Source: Methanobacteriota archaeon
GTDB taxonomy: Archaea > Thermoplasmatota > Poseidoniia > Poseidoniales > Thalassarchaeaceae
Direction of reading: 5' to 3'
NCBI GenBank assembly: GCA_014239955.1
Contig: JAAZXW010000011.1
Coordinates: 1 to 64,000, forward strand
DNA length: 64,000 bases
Made by a program: the position numbers and the translations under genes. How positions within the stretch are numbered: the first letter of the stretch is position 1; each line of letters begins with the position of its first letter. Below, piece by piece: positions 48,086 through 60,000 of this stretch. A model generated the notes under the pieces. That model did not search any database and had not been told where the DNA came from. It saw nothing but the letters and a program-made list of their open reading frames with translations.

Positions 48086-51022
48086 GTGCGAAAACGCAAC
48101 ACCGACCCCTCTGTACGTCAAAGTACACTCGTTACTCTCTCACTGGCGTTATTGATGCTGATTCCCGTGGGCTTCGATTTGGAGGCTTCTGAACTGCCCG
48201 ATTCCACGATCCTCAATGCTTCCGAAAGCGCACCAGACGCAAACCTGTACAAACTATACTTCGTCTCGTCCGGACAGAACCAGACTTCTGGAATGGACGG
48301 CCTAATTAGTACCGAACCGCCCGAGGCAGATCAGGATCAGGAAGTAGCCAGTGCTCTGGATGATGACGTCCAATTTATGTCTATTTCATTAATGTCATCG
48401 ATGGAATTTTTTGGCCGGAAGCACCATACAGATAACTCATACTACATTCCGGTTGAACTATTCCTGAAGTCCGAAGGATCCCAGAATTCTAACGTCGATT
48501 GGACCGTCTCAGTAATGACTTCTGAGAGGACTGTTGGCTCCAAAATTTACTCTGGTTCAGTATGCTCTTCTTCATTCGGAAGCAGTTGCGACTTCGACCA
48601 CGAGATTATCGATGTCGAAATAGGCAACTCAGAATCATTCCAAGTTGGAAAGAATGAGAGACTGATTATCAAAGTTAGAGCCAGCATGTCTGGATGCGAC
48701 AGCAGTGATAGCCCATTCGGGGGGTCTTGTACTGCGGACGTCGCCTTCAACAATATCGACAATGAGCCAAACAAATTCTCCAAGATGGAGGCAAACGGCA
48801 ATGCCCTGATGAATAGCATCATTGTTGTCCAGAGGGAAGGGGCAAACATAGCAGAGGGTTCGGAGATTGACTGGTACCCGAATGACATCGTCGAAGACAG
48901 AGAGATGCAGTTCTCGATAGATGCAATTAGTGCATTCGGAAGGGCTGATATCGCCAGGGTAGACATCCTGATGAGGGGTCCGGATGGAAACTACGAGGTC
49001 GACGAGAGGATTACTGGCGACATGGAGGAGATAGAAGACTCCAGCACAGGAATCTTCGGCAAGTTCCCCTATACGTACAATAGCGGGCTCAGCCCCGGTG
49101 AGTATGCAGTGATACTCAAGGTCCGGGATGTCGGTGGAAACGAGATTGAAATTGAGCACGAGCCCATCGAGATGCACCAGTTTGGAGTATCTCTGAAGCA
49201 TAGGTTCGATCGTTCGGTAGAGTACTTCGCACCAGGTAAGGTAACTCCTATCCCCATGGTACTTGTTCATAGAGGCGATTCGACAAAGTCGATGAACGTA
49301 GAATTAGAGGTGCTGACTAATCTAGGAAGCTCTTGGTTGGTTGAGTTCGATTCTCCTGCAGGATATGAGATGAGCTCTGGAGGGTCAGTCATTAATCCGA
49401 CAGTGACTCTAACCGCACCAGATGATCTAACTGGCATGCCGAAGAAGATCGAGATCAGAGCGGTTGCAGAGGCAGATGTGGAGGGGGTAATTTCGGTAGT
49501 CCATCAGGACACTCTCGTACTGGTTGTAGAGAAGGTTGATGTCTATCAGCCCCCCGTGGTCTCAATCTGGTCAGACGACCACAAGATACCGATAGCGAAT
49601 TCTTCCAGGGGTGATGCTCTGGATTCTACCATCCCCAGATTTGCCGAATATGGCGAATTCAACCCCTTCATATTGGAGATTTTCAATACTGGTTTCGATG
49701 CCGATAACTTCCGGATTGACATTCTCAAGAGATCGAAGTCAATCTTCCAGTTGCACGACAATCTCACAGGTCAGCGGATACTTCAGGACGAGGGGGATGG
49801 GACTTTCCACACTCCTTTATTGGAGAGGCACAGCACAAAGGTACTGATTCTCGGTGTGAAGCCAAGCTTGGATAGAGAGGACGAGGACATCGGTGAGATT
49901 GAGATAGAAGTAATCAGCGGCGGCAACGCATCATCATCAACAACCATTTCATTCACAATTCAGAGAACATACGGCATAAGGGGGGAGGTCTCACAAGACT
50001 GCGACGGAACTCCTCTCGGACACATGAAGGTGGCACTATGTGCACCCGGACAGGACAGACCGGTCTTGGACTTCAGGACCAGATTGACGAATAGTGAAGA
50101 CGACTTGGAGGCAGCATCTTGGTGGCTATTGCAAAACCCTGCTTCGTTGAATGAGAACACCGATCGAAACTCAGCCTACGGGCAATGGGAATTCAGGATC
50201 ACAAACTCAGACGGAGAGGCCGTCCCTCGAGTCTCCCTGGGTCCGGGGGACTTCACTGAGGTCTACATCAGCGTAACTCTGACGAACCAGGTAGAGGTCG
50301 GCAACCATACTGTTTTCTTGAGAATTTCCGAGGACATAGAAGACGACGATCCAAGATATTTCGATCTCCCGATGACATTCGAAATTGAAGCAGATCAACC
50401 AATGCTGGAGATCGTCCAAGTTTCCCAGAATACAAAACTTGCACCTGGTAATGACTACTCGATTCAAATGAAGGTGAAGAACGAAGGAAACAGTCCTATG
50501 ACCGTTCTCCTTGAAGCTGACGTTGATGAGAATGGATGGGATGTCAGTATCGGCGGCCTGTCGGGTTCGCCCCTGATTGAAATCGAAGCGTTCGACGAAG
50601 CCACCTTCACAGTCGAAATCTCCGTCTCAAGTTCCGCAAATAATGGGGATTCAATTCCGATTTCTGTAACTGCAACCCCACTGGATACGGATCAGAGCTT
50701 CTCAGAGTCTTTAACGGCTAAGTTCACTTTGACAGTAATTGTTGAGATAGGCTCTTTCGTTGACATCATAGTTAACGAAATGTCTCACCCCAGACCAATC
50801 ACTCTTGTTTTGGTGCTAGTAAGCGTACTATTGCTGTTTGCAGGTGTTCAGAGCAGGCTCAATAGGAGAAGATGGGCAGCACAGATGAGAGCGATAGAGT
50901 CACTTTCTGAGGATGAAACAGAGTCTCAAGAAAACACGCCAGAGATACCTGCCCCAGTTACAGTTATGGATGAGCCGAAGGGTGTGGAAAGATACGACGA
51001 TGACGATGTAGAGCTGATGTAA
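48086..51022 (+). CDS. Large cell-surface protein (978 aa): N-terminal signal/anchor, beta-rich extracellular region, C-terminal TM helix and an acidic cytoplasmic tail
   Basis: GTG start; N-terminal hydrophobic LVTLSLALLMLIPVGF; C-terminal ITLVLVLVSVLLLFAGV followed by RLNRRRW and an Asp/Glu-rich tail. Confidence 0.5.
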   Translation: MRKRNTDPSVRQSTLVTLSLALLMLIPVGFDLEASELPDSTILNASESAPDANLYKLYFVSSGQNQTSGMDGLISTEPPEADQDQEVASALDDDVQFMSISLMSSMEFFGRKHHTDNSYYIPVELFLKSEGSQNSNVDWTVSVMTSERTVGSKIYSGSVCSSSFGSSCDFDHEIIDVEIGNSESFQVGKNERLIIKVRASMSGCDSSDSPFGGSCTADVAFNNIDNEPNKFSKMEANGNALMNSIIVVQREGANIAEGSEIDWYPNDIVEDREMQFSIDAISAFGRADIARVDILMRGPDGNYEVDERITGDMEEIEDSSTGIFGKFPYTYNSGLSPGEYAVILKVRDVGGNEIEIEHEPIEMHQFGVSLKHRFDRSVEYFAPGKVTPIPMVLVHRGDSTKSMNVELEVLTNLGSSWLVEFDSPAGYEMSSGGSVINPTVTLTAPDDLTGMPKKIEIRAVAEADVEGVISVVHQDTLVLVVEKVDVYQPPVVSIWSDDHKIPIANSSRGDALDSTIPRFAEYGEFNPFILEIFNTGFDADNFRIDILKRSKSIFQLHDNLTGQRILQDEGDGTFHTPLLERHSTKVLILGVKPSLDREDEDIGEIEIEVISGGNASSSTTISFTIQRTYGIRGEVSQDCDGTPLGHMKVALCAPGQDRPVLDFRTRLTNSEDDLEAASWWLLQNPASLNENTDRNSAYGQWEFRITNSDGEAVPRVSLGPGDFTEVYISVTLTNQVEVGNHTVFLRISEDIEDDDPRYFDLPMTFEIEADQPMLEIVQVSQNTKLAPGNDYSIQMKVKNEGNSPMTVLLEADVDENGWDVSIGGLSGSPLIEIEAFDEATFTVEISVSSSANNGDSIPISVTATPLDTDQSFSESLTAKFTLTVIVEIGSFVDIIVNEMSHPRPITLVLVLVSVLLLFAGVQSRLNRRRWAAQMRAIESLSEDETESQENTPEIPAPVTVMDEPKGVERYDDDDVELM

Positions 51023-51098
51023 GAAAGGCAAATGTACGAACGACGCTCCATTCTTCTTAAGACCCGAAGTTAGCGCCAACAAAACGGGACCGATATTC

Positions 51099-54000
51099 AT
51101 GAAGTTCGTAATTTCAAATTACGAAGATTCCGACCCCATGGTCAAGAAGAGGTCCGCTACACTGCTAACCTGCTTACTACTCATGTCTGGAATCGCTTCA
51201 ATGCAGATCACAGTCTTCGAGGTTTCTGCTACTGTCAACGACCAAGATGCCGACGGTTTACCATACGGGATTGAGTTCCTAATTAACACCCAGCCCCAGG
51301 ATTGGGACTCTGATAATGACGGACTCCCAGATGGATGGGAATGGCAATATGGACTAGACCCACTTTCTTCATCTGGCGACAATGGATCGACAGGAGATCC
51401 CGACTCCGACGGCCTGACAAATCTGAATGAGTATCTTTACGGGATTCCTTCAGGCTGGGACGAGCCTTCTACTACGAATATCTTAGACAATGGGGTATGG
51501 TGGAATGGCACGATACCCGTTTCCAACTGGGACGAAGAGAGCGCAATGCAAGTGATTCAGGGTTCTGGATCAGACGGTGCCGACGAGGACCCGGTGGGCA
51601 ACATCTGTACTGACACGTTCGACAACGATCACGATGGGATGGTTGACTCAAATGACGGTGACTTTGATGGAGATGCGGACTGCAGCTCCAATGATGACGA
51701 TGGGGATGGAATTGCCGATGAGGATCCCAACGGATGGGACACCGATGGAGATGGGATGCCAGATGGATGGGAGGCGGCAAACGGATTGGATCCAACCTCT
51801 AATTCTAATCAAGACGGAACCTTCGGTGATCCCGATTTCGATGGGCTATCAAACATTTACGAATATGTCAATCCTGCATGGGGGACTAGAAATGGATCTA
51901 CATTCCCTCCAACGCAGTACTTCAGGCCAGGCCCAATCAATATGACTGTCACAGAGTCGCCCTGCAATCCAGTACTTTCGCTTGGCCCTGGAGGCTGTAC
52001 CATTTTTACCTCCGAGGTCGATGGAATTACTCAGACTGATCCGCAGAACAACGATACAGATGGAGATGGCTTGAACGACTCGTTAGAGGCTCTCGTCTTG
52101 TTGACCGACCCAACTTCGCCCGATACGGACTCCGACGGCATTTCTGATGGAGTCGAATTCAATGGCTCATACGGTGATCCTGCACAAGGTTCAGACCCAA
52201 GAAGCAACAATACGGATGGCGATCATCTGGATGATGGAGAAGAGGATCTGAATGGTAATGGGGTGATTGACACAGGAGAGACGGACCCAACTAGGATAAA
52301 TGACGAAGGGGACTTCGATGGTGATGGGATTCAAAACTGGGAAGAAAACAACTCCTGCACCCTATGGAACGTCTCAGATTCTGATGGCGGTGGAATCAGT
52401 GACGGCAACGAAGGCTTCCCCGGTCAGACGGATCCTTGTACTTCCATTTTCGATCTAGTCTTCACAATCATTTCTTGGGACGGTGATGCAGATACTCTCA
52501 CCATCAATTCCACTGTGGGGATCAATCCCGATCCGGCGGATTGGAGGGGGGACGTTCCGATGGCATATTTCGTCGCACCCAATGGGACACGCACACCGTT
52601 TACCTATGCATCTCTAGAGGATCCTTCATTCTTGAAAGGCGTGGATACCGAACCACCAATCGGAGCCAATGCGATTTTGTTCACGAATGGATCTTGGTGC
52701 TGGAACGTGTCTGCCAATGCTACCAATGACCCATGGTGCGATGATGACTACAAGGACTCAGATGGCGACGGGCTAGCAGACTGGGAGGAGTTGACTGCAA
52801 CCTGGGGATTCCTTTCGGATCCGACCCTTTTCGATACCGATGGTGATGGTGTCAATGACTTATCCGAGATTCTTAACCTCACAGATCCAAGGGAGCCTTG
52901 TGACAATCTCCTCGATACCGATGATGACGGCCTCAACAACTACTTCGAGAACACCACTGGTTGCTCGATGATTTTCGGGATCGGTGGCTTTGGCTTCGGT
53001 GGCAACTTCACTTCGGACGTTTGGTTTACTCTCTGGAACTTAGCCGATTCCGACAATGGAGGCGTTGACGATGGACAGGAATACCTCGATGGGACCAATC
53101 CCCAAGATAATCCGGACGACGATATCAATCCTCTAGATACCGATGGTGATGGAATCCCTGATTTGATTGAGCAGGAGCTTGGTACTGACTGGCTTGACCC
53201 TGACTCGGATGGAGGGGGTGTTCCCGATGGCGAAGAGTGCACAGAAGACTTCTGGGCCCTGGATTGTATCGGATCTCCGGGAGATCCATTCGATCCCATT
53301 GACGACATCCAGGAGAACGCACTAATGTTCACAGCAACCAATACCTCGGGAGGGATGGATCCCACCGTCAAACACTACTGGAGGTGGCATACTTACGACT
53401 TCTACACCGGAGTCTCATGGGGGGTCAATAGCACCCTAGTTGGGAATACCCAAGTTACTCCCGAATTCTCCACAGATCAAGGCGTGGCAGACCAGTCTTT
53501 CTGGAATCACTCCGGAGCACTTTCTTGGGAGATAATATTCGAAGGTGCCGGAAACATAGGGCCGGGTCAAGAACTCATACAACCCTATAATGTGGTCAAT
53601 TACACGACATGGGTGGATATTGCCGCGGGCCTCAACTTCTCCAACTACACTAGGGACATTATCGTGGATAGTGCCGTTGTGGAGGCCCTATATGTCAACG
53701 CTCCCGAAGTGATATTGTCCGCCGCAATCCGTGAAAACACCACAGTTTTCGCAAATTCTGATTACGGAAAGGATCTCCCTCAAGACTTCACGGATAACTC
53801 TGGTTTTGTTACGAATCTAACTCAGGACGTGCTGGACCAATCCGGAGCGATATCCGCATGGGACAAGATCTCCGCCATTCAGGACTTCATAGTGAACGGT
53901 AACGATACAATCTCTTTCCTTAGGAATCATTACGGTTCAGGAAGGACAAATGGGTTGGGGGTCGATAGCGATGTCACTCATTGGATTCTAAACTCTTCGA

Positions 54001-57000
54001 GAGAGGGAAACTGTGACGAGTTCACTTCCATCTTCGTGACCATGCTTAGAATAGCAGGAATCCCCGCTCGCAAGGTCACCGGTTTTTCTGGTGGCTCATG
54101 GGACGGCAAGGCATTCAACGTGTACGGTAAAGACTTCACAAGATGGGCGGAGGTTCATCTGCAGACAAACCAGAACCAGGGGGAACTGGACCTTGGTTGG
54201 ATCCCGTTCGAAGCATGTCCCCCTATTTCTGAAGTGATGGTCAATGTGGAATCTTGGGGTCCAACAGTAGTTGAGAGAAATACAACGATATCTGACTCAA
54301 TCTGGGTGGAGGGAACTCTGGAGTTTGTAGATAACCAAACCCTTGTGGAAAATATCTCTCTATTCATGTACTTGGTCGAACCGAGTAAATCCGACGAGGT
54401 CCCCGGAAGCGCTGCCATCGAAGAACATCTGGTGGCTAACGTAACTACGGATGCCAATGGTTCGTTCAATCTGACAGGGCTCCCCTCACAAGTTATCCAA
54501 CCAGGATTCGGGTCTCTGGTAATCCTGACTACCGAGAAGGGTTATGTTGGAACACAAGGAATTTCCATGCCATGGCAGGTCAACATCACAGATAATGTGT
54601 CAATTTCGATAACTAGCCCAATCCCGATTGGACAACCAATGCTAGGGATTGGGGTAAATTCGTCAATTACCGGACAATTGTCTTGGGCTAGCTCCCCCTA
54701 CCTGGACCCATCAATCGCAGATGATCTACAGGTCGTGCTAAACTATTCTTCGAGTGTAGATGGCGAGATATCAATTGTTTCAGGTGTTTCGGGTGGTGGT
54801 TACTACGAGTTCATCGTCCCAATTGACGAGACAGAACCACTCGGCCTGATGGATGCTGCTCTTTCCTTCCAAGGTTGGCATTTCGATGATATGAACAACG
54901 CGACGCCTCCTGCCTACCATGCCCGACCAGGCTCCTTCCCCTTCATGTTCAACATTACTCTTTCTCCAAATCTATCCGTTGAAATCGAGTCCCAGGGCGC
55001 AAATAACTCAATTCTTGAGATTGGAAGCAACATCTATCTGAATGGTACAGTTCTCAGTAGAGGGCCCTCTCCAACTCCCCTAAATGGGACTCTGATACTC
55101 GAGATGCGCAGAGCCGACATCTCCGGTCCCTTTGTCGAACTTTCCTCTTGGTATCTCAACAACTCATCATGGGGCGCGTCGCCGGGAGACTTCTCCATAT
55201 CGTGGCCATTCTCAGCTTCCGAAGTCCCTCTACCCGCAGGTCCAGTTGATGTGCGAATGCAGTTCGACTCGGATGACTTGAATTCGAACGATCAAGAGCA
55301 ATTTGTCGATACCTTCGGAATCAGAAGTTTCGTAGTTTTCGACTATGAACTCATCTTCGCAATCAGAGGACGGGAGTACGCAGTAGACGTATTCATGGAG
55401 GACCATACCGGCTCATCATTCGCTTCATTTGAGGGTGAATACACCCTTCTTTTCGATGGTGATAACGTTTGGAATCAAACCGATCCGGAAGCGGGGAGGA
55501 TCACACCGACGTTCACGCCTTTGTTCAACATGGATCCCGGTGACTATGATTGGAATCTCAGCTATAGCGGTTCAACTTGGCTCATCCCCAATTCTACATC
55601 TGGTTTACTTAGGGTTCGTGGGATGGCCAATGCATCTGTGAGCATCTCTGACGAGTGGTCTGTTAGGGGTTCGACAAATTGGATATCTGGATTCGCTAGC
55701 GATATGGTGCTGCAAAACCAGGTCATTGGAAACAACTCTTCCGTTGTGGCACAGCTCCTGTTGCCATCTGAACTGCCTACTACCCCTGGAGGTTTCCCTG
55801 CCGCCGGTCCGATTTACAACATTGCAAACGGTTGGGTGGATGAAGCAACCGGTGCCTACAACCTTTCATTCGAGATACCACAGGGAGTCCCATCGGGAGT
55901 TTATGAGATCGATGTCACCCTGAGTTTCTCGGGTAATCCTCCTGCAGGGGGGGGCTACTACAATGCAGGTGATCCCACAACAATCCAAATTGGAGTTCAG
56001 ACAGAGTTTGTCATCGAGACGGATCCCACAGCCTCGATCATAACTGCCGGTGAGCAATTGCTCCTTGAGTCCGTAGTGACCGATGTTGAGGATCCCAGTG
56101 AAATGCTCTCTGGCGTCGCTTTGGACCTCTATTTCGATTGGGGCGGGCCGCTCGAGACTATCCTTCAGTCTGGAACTACTAATTCAGAGGGCATGGTTTC
56201 CTTCGACCCTGTTGTCCCTTCTTCTGCTCCACCGGGATTCTATGATATTCGAGTGCACGCTCCAGACGACCTTTCCGATTCCCTTAGCACACCCGAAGCA
56301 GGCAGGTGGCTCGGGAACGAGAGCTTCGTTAACCTCACCGTCCAGGTAGCTAGCACGGTTGATATATCCTCGATTCCAACCCAAGTGACTGCACTGCAAT
56401 TCTTCAACCTGGTCGGTACCGTGATGGATTCTGCAGATATCAACAGGACCGTAGATGGCCCCGTGGGGATCAACGTCTTCTTCCTAGACGAGCCCGATGA
56501 GCTCCTGATTGATAACCAAACTACGAATATGTCAGGCGGATTCAACCTCACCGTTCCCACTGATACTCTAGGAAACGGTGTCCTGAGGGGCGACAGAACC
56601 GTGGTCGTCAGCGTCGTCAGCGGCTCTACTCCATTCTACCTCACAGGTAACGGGGACGCATCCATACTAGTGATCGGCGTGTCCCAGTTCGTCGATTCTA
56701 ATCCATTCGTCAATACCATCGTAGACAGAGGCCAATCGGCTACCATGACAACCAGACTTGTCGAGTTCAGCAACAACGAGGAGCCACTTTCCAGTTTCGA
56801 AGTCATGGTCCTTTTCCATGATACATGGCTTGATCCTGAAGTTACTGCAGCCGATGGCAGTGTCGCATTTGAATTCGAAATTCCTCACGACCACCCACTT
56901 GGCCTTGTGAATGTCACCTTCGTCTTCAACGGTTCCGAAGACCTCCACCAGGCAGTACAGATTCTGAATACAATCACTGTTAGATCTTCAACCACTATGG

Positions 57001-60000
57001 TGATCGATCCAATCACTGCCAATCCTCTTCCCGGGGAGTTCTTCAATGTGACTGGTTCTCTTACTTCTAGTAATGGGACTGGACTCTCTGACGCTTCAGG
57101 AAACTCGCTGAACCCTACATTGACATTCTCAATTGACGATGAAACCAGTACATTCACCGTATCTCAGGTTTCATTCCATTCGGATGGAACTTGGTCCGCC
57201 GAACTGAGACTCGACTTATCTTTCCAAAGGGGTCCACACGGATTGGAGGTATCTTTCACGCCCCAAGTAACATATTTCTCTTCAGCATCTGGGTTTTCCA
57301 CTTTCGATAGTAGGGGTTATTCGGTTCTAGCTATAGACAACCCGAATGACCTGGATCCGGACAACAGGACAATCAGGGGCGAAACATTCGACATCGACCT
57401 TTCCCTAATAGACAACGCAGGCGGACCCGTCTCTTCCGCTATAATCGTAGTCAGGATCGACAACATCACCGTTTGGGGCGGGCTGACCGATTCAAACGGG
57501 ACCGCTTCAGCATCAATACTCGTCAGACCCGACAGAGATCCCGGACCAATGGTGGTCACAGCCACATTCTCTGGCATCAATGGTACGATTGGCCTTCTTG
57601 GCGACGAGACATGGACAAGGGTCGTCGTCTTGGCCCCCACTGACTTGTTCCTGAAACAGGCATCCTCGCCTTCCATAGCAGGCGAGTCAGTAACACTCGT
57701 GGGCTCACTCTTGGATGAGAGGAATCAGATGCTGAAGGAAGATGGCAACTTTAGTGGTGGGCTAATCCACTTGTACATAGATGGAATTGATGTAGGCTCT
57801 GCTTACACCACATTCTCCAATGGAACCACAGGACAGTGGTCGATAACTTACCTCATTCCTGCAGATATGAACTTCGGTTCCCATACCGCTCGCGTCGACT
57901 TCCTGGGTGGCTTCTCATGGGTCGACCCTATGGGCCAAGGGGACTCCCTGAATCCAGAATACTACCTGCCTTCTTCGGATTCAATGGCGTTCAATGTGAC
58001 TCAAACCTCTCAAGTAGTCATCTCAACATCTCCAGCCGATATCGACAGGACCGGAGTGGCAATCGTCGAAGGGATGCTAACCGATGGCGTCGGTCGAGCC
58101 ATCCCAAACAGGGATCTCATCTTGTCAGTCAATGGAAATGAAATCACTGGTATTTCTGTGGACGAGAACGGATCATTCATCGGTTTCGTTCCAATCGCAC
58201 CCGACATGCCATTGGGGCCAATGCTAGTCGGAATAGAGTTCGCTGGCGAGGCCTTCATACTCCCATCAAACTCCTCTGTCGCCTTCGCCATCTATGCTCC
58301 CGTGTTCGTGGCGATGGACCAACCAAGTCCCATCGCGGTAGGAGATTCCATGGTTATTTCTGGTTCTGCAAAGGACAACTTGGAGAACGGTTGGCTCGGG
58401 AGCCATACAATCGAGGCCTTCGTGGACGGGGTCCTAGTGGGTATTACTAGCAGCCAGGAAAACGGCAACTGGTCAATTGAGTGGACAATTCCGGAGTCAA
58501 TGGAAGTTGGCAACCACTCGATATCTGCAATCTCCCCTGCTCAGGGATTCTACAGGCAGGGCGGCACCGAGTCAAATTTCACGGTCTCGTACCATACTTC
58601 GATATCCCTCCAGGTCGAACAGACCTATGTCACACGCGGCGGTCACTGGAACTTCTCTGGCAGGCTTTTCGAATCGGACACCGGATTTGAGCAGGGCCTG
58701 GAGGGGAGGGCGGTCTCAGTACTATTGGATGGGGTGCCCGTGGAACTGATTTCCACAGAAGAAGGGGGGATCTTCTCTTACAGCCACAGGGCAAAGTACT
58801 CATTGAGCAGGGGTGTGCATAATCTCTCTTTCCAGTTTGAGGGGGAGTTCCTCTATCTTCCCACCACGTTCGTTTCATCGGTTTTTGTCTTGTCAGACAT
58901 AGTGGTTGAGATCCAGCCGATTACCAACACAATTGTTCGTGGAGACGCATCCCCATCCAATTCCATCATGATACAGGGACTAGTTCGTGAGGTCGGCGGT
59001 GAATCCGCAATCTTCGACAATCTTTCCATGAGCCTTACTTGGGGGGATTCGAACCTCCCTCTAACATCTGGGCCATGGGATAACCCAAGCACGATGAACT
59101 TCCAGATTCGGGCCAAGGCTCAAGAGTTCATGCACCCGGGTGAGAACGTCATCACCATAGTGGTTGGTTCTGATCAGACAAGGTTCCTGAACGGCGCATC
59201 TCGGAATATCGAAATATTGGTTATGATCGAGGTTGACTTCGTCTACTCTGAACTTGATCTCTCAAACGGTCAGAGGGTAATCAGGGGCACGGTAAACGCT
59301 ACTGCTAGGGATACGGGGGCGCCCCTAGAGGGTCTCTCACTAACTGCCAGCCTGGCCAATGGCAGCGTCACCCATTTCTCAGTCTCCAAGCTGACTGGGG
59401 CAGATGGCGTCTTCGAGTACGAGTTCAAGGCAATGTCCCCACTTCCAGCGTTTTCCGAACAGGAACTCCCCCCAGTGGGATGGGGGCTTCTCAGTGTGAT
59501 GATCGGGTCGGACTCCGAGTTCATTGCCCCGGGCAGCCTCTCCCTCCTGCCTTCATCGGGGGTCCCGATAGCCTACGAGAAGCAGGAAGGGGGCTCATTC
59601 TTTGGCAGCACCACAGTAGCACTCGGGGCACTCGTGGTCGCTACAATCGCCATAGCCCTCGGTGCTTTGGCATTCAACACAAAGAGGAAGTCAACGATCA
59701 GGGAGCTCGCAAAGGTTCTTGGCCAGACAGTTGAGATGTTGGCATCAGGGGACGAATACCGAAGGGCGATTTTCCTCTGCTACGAGAATCTATGCTCAGT
59801 GCTGATGCGTCGGGGTTTCCTTCGTAGGAACTTCGAAACAGTTCGAGAGTTTGAGTCCGCAATCAGGGAAGCATTGCCTATCAGCGAGGCCTCATTGGTC
59901 TCTCTTGACCGAATCTTCGAGGAGGCCCGATACTCAAGCCATGTTCTGGGAGATGCCCATAGGGACAATGCACAACTAGCGCTCTCATCTGTCATGCAGG

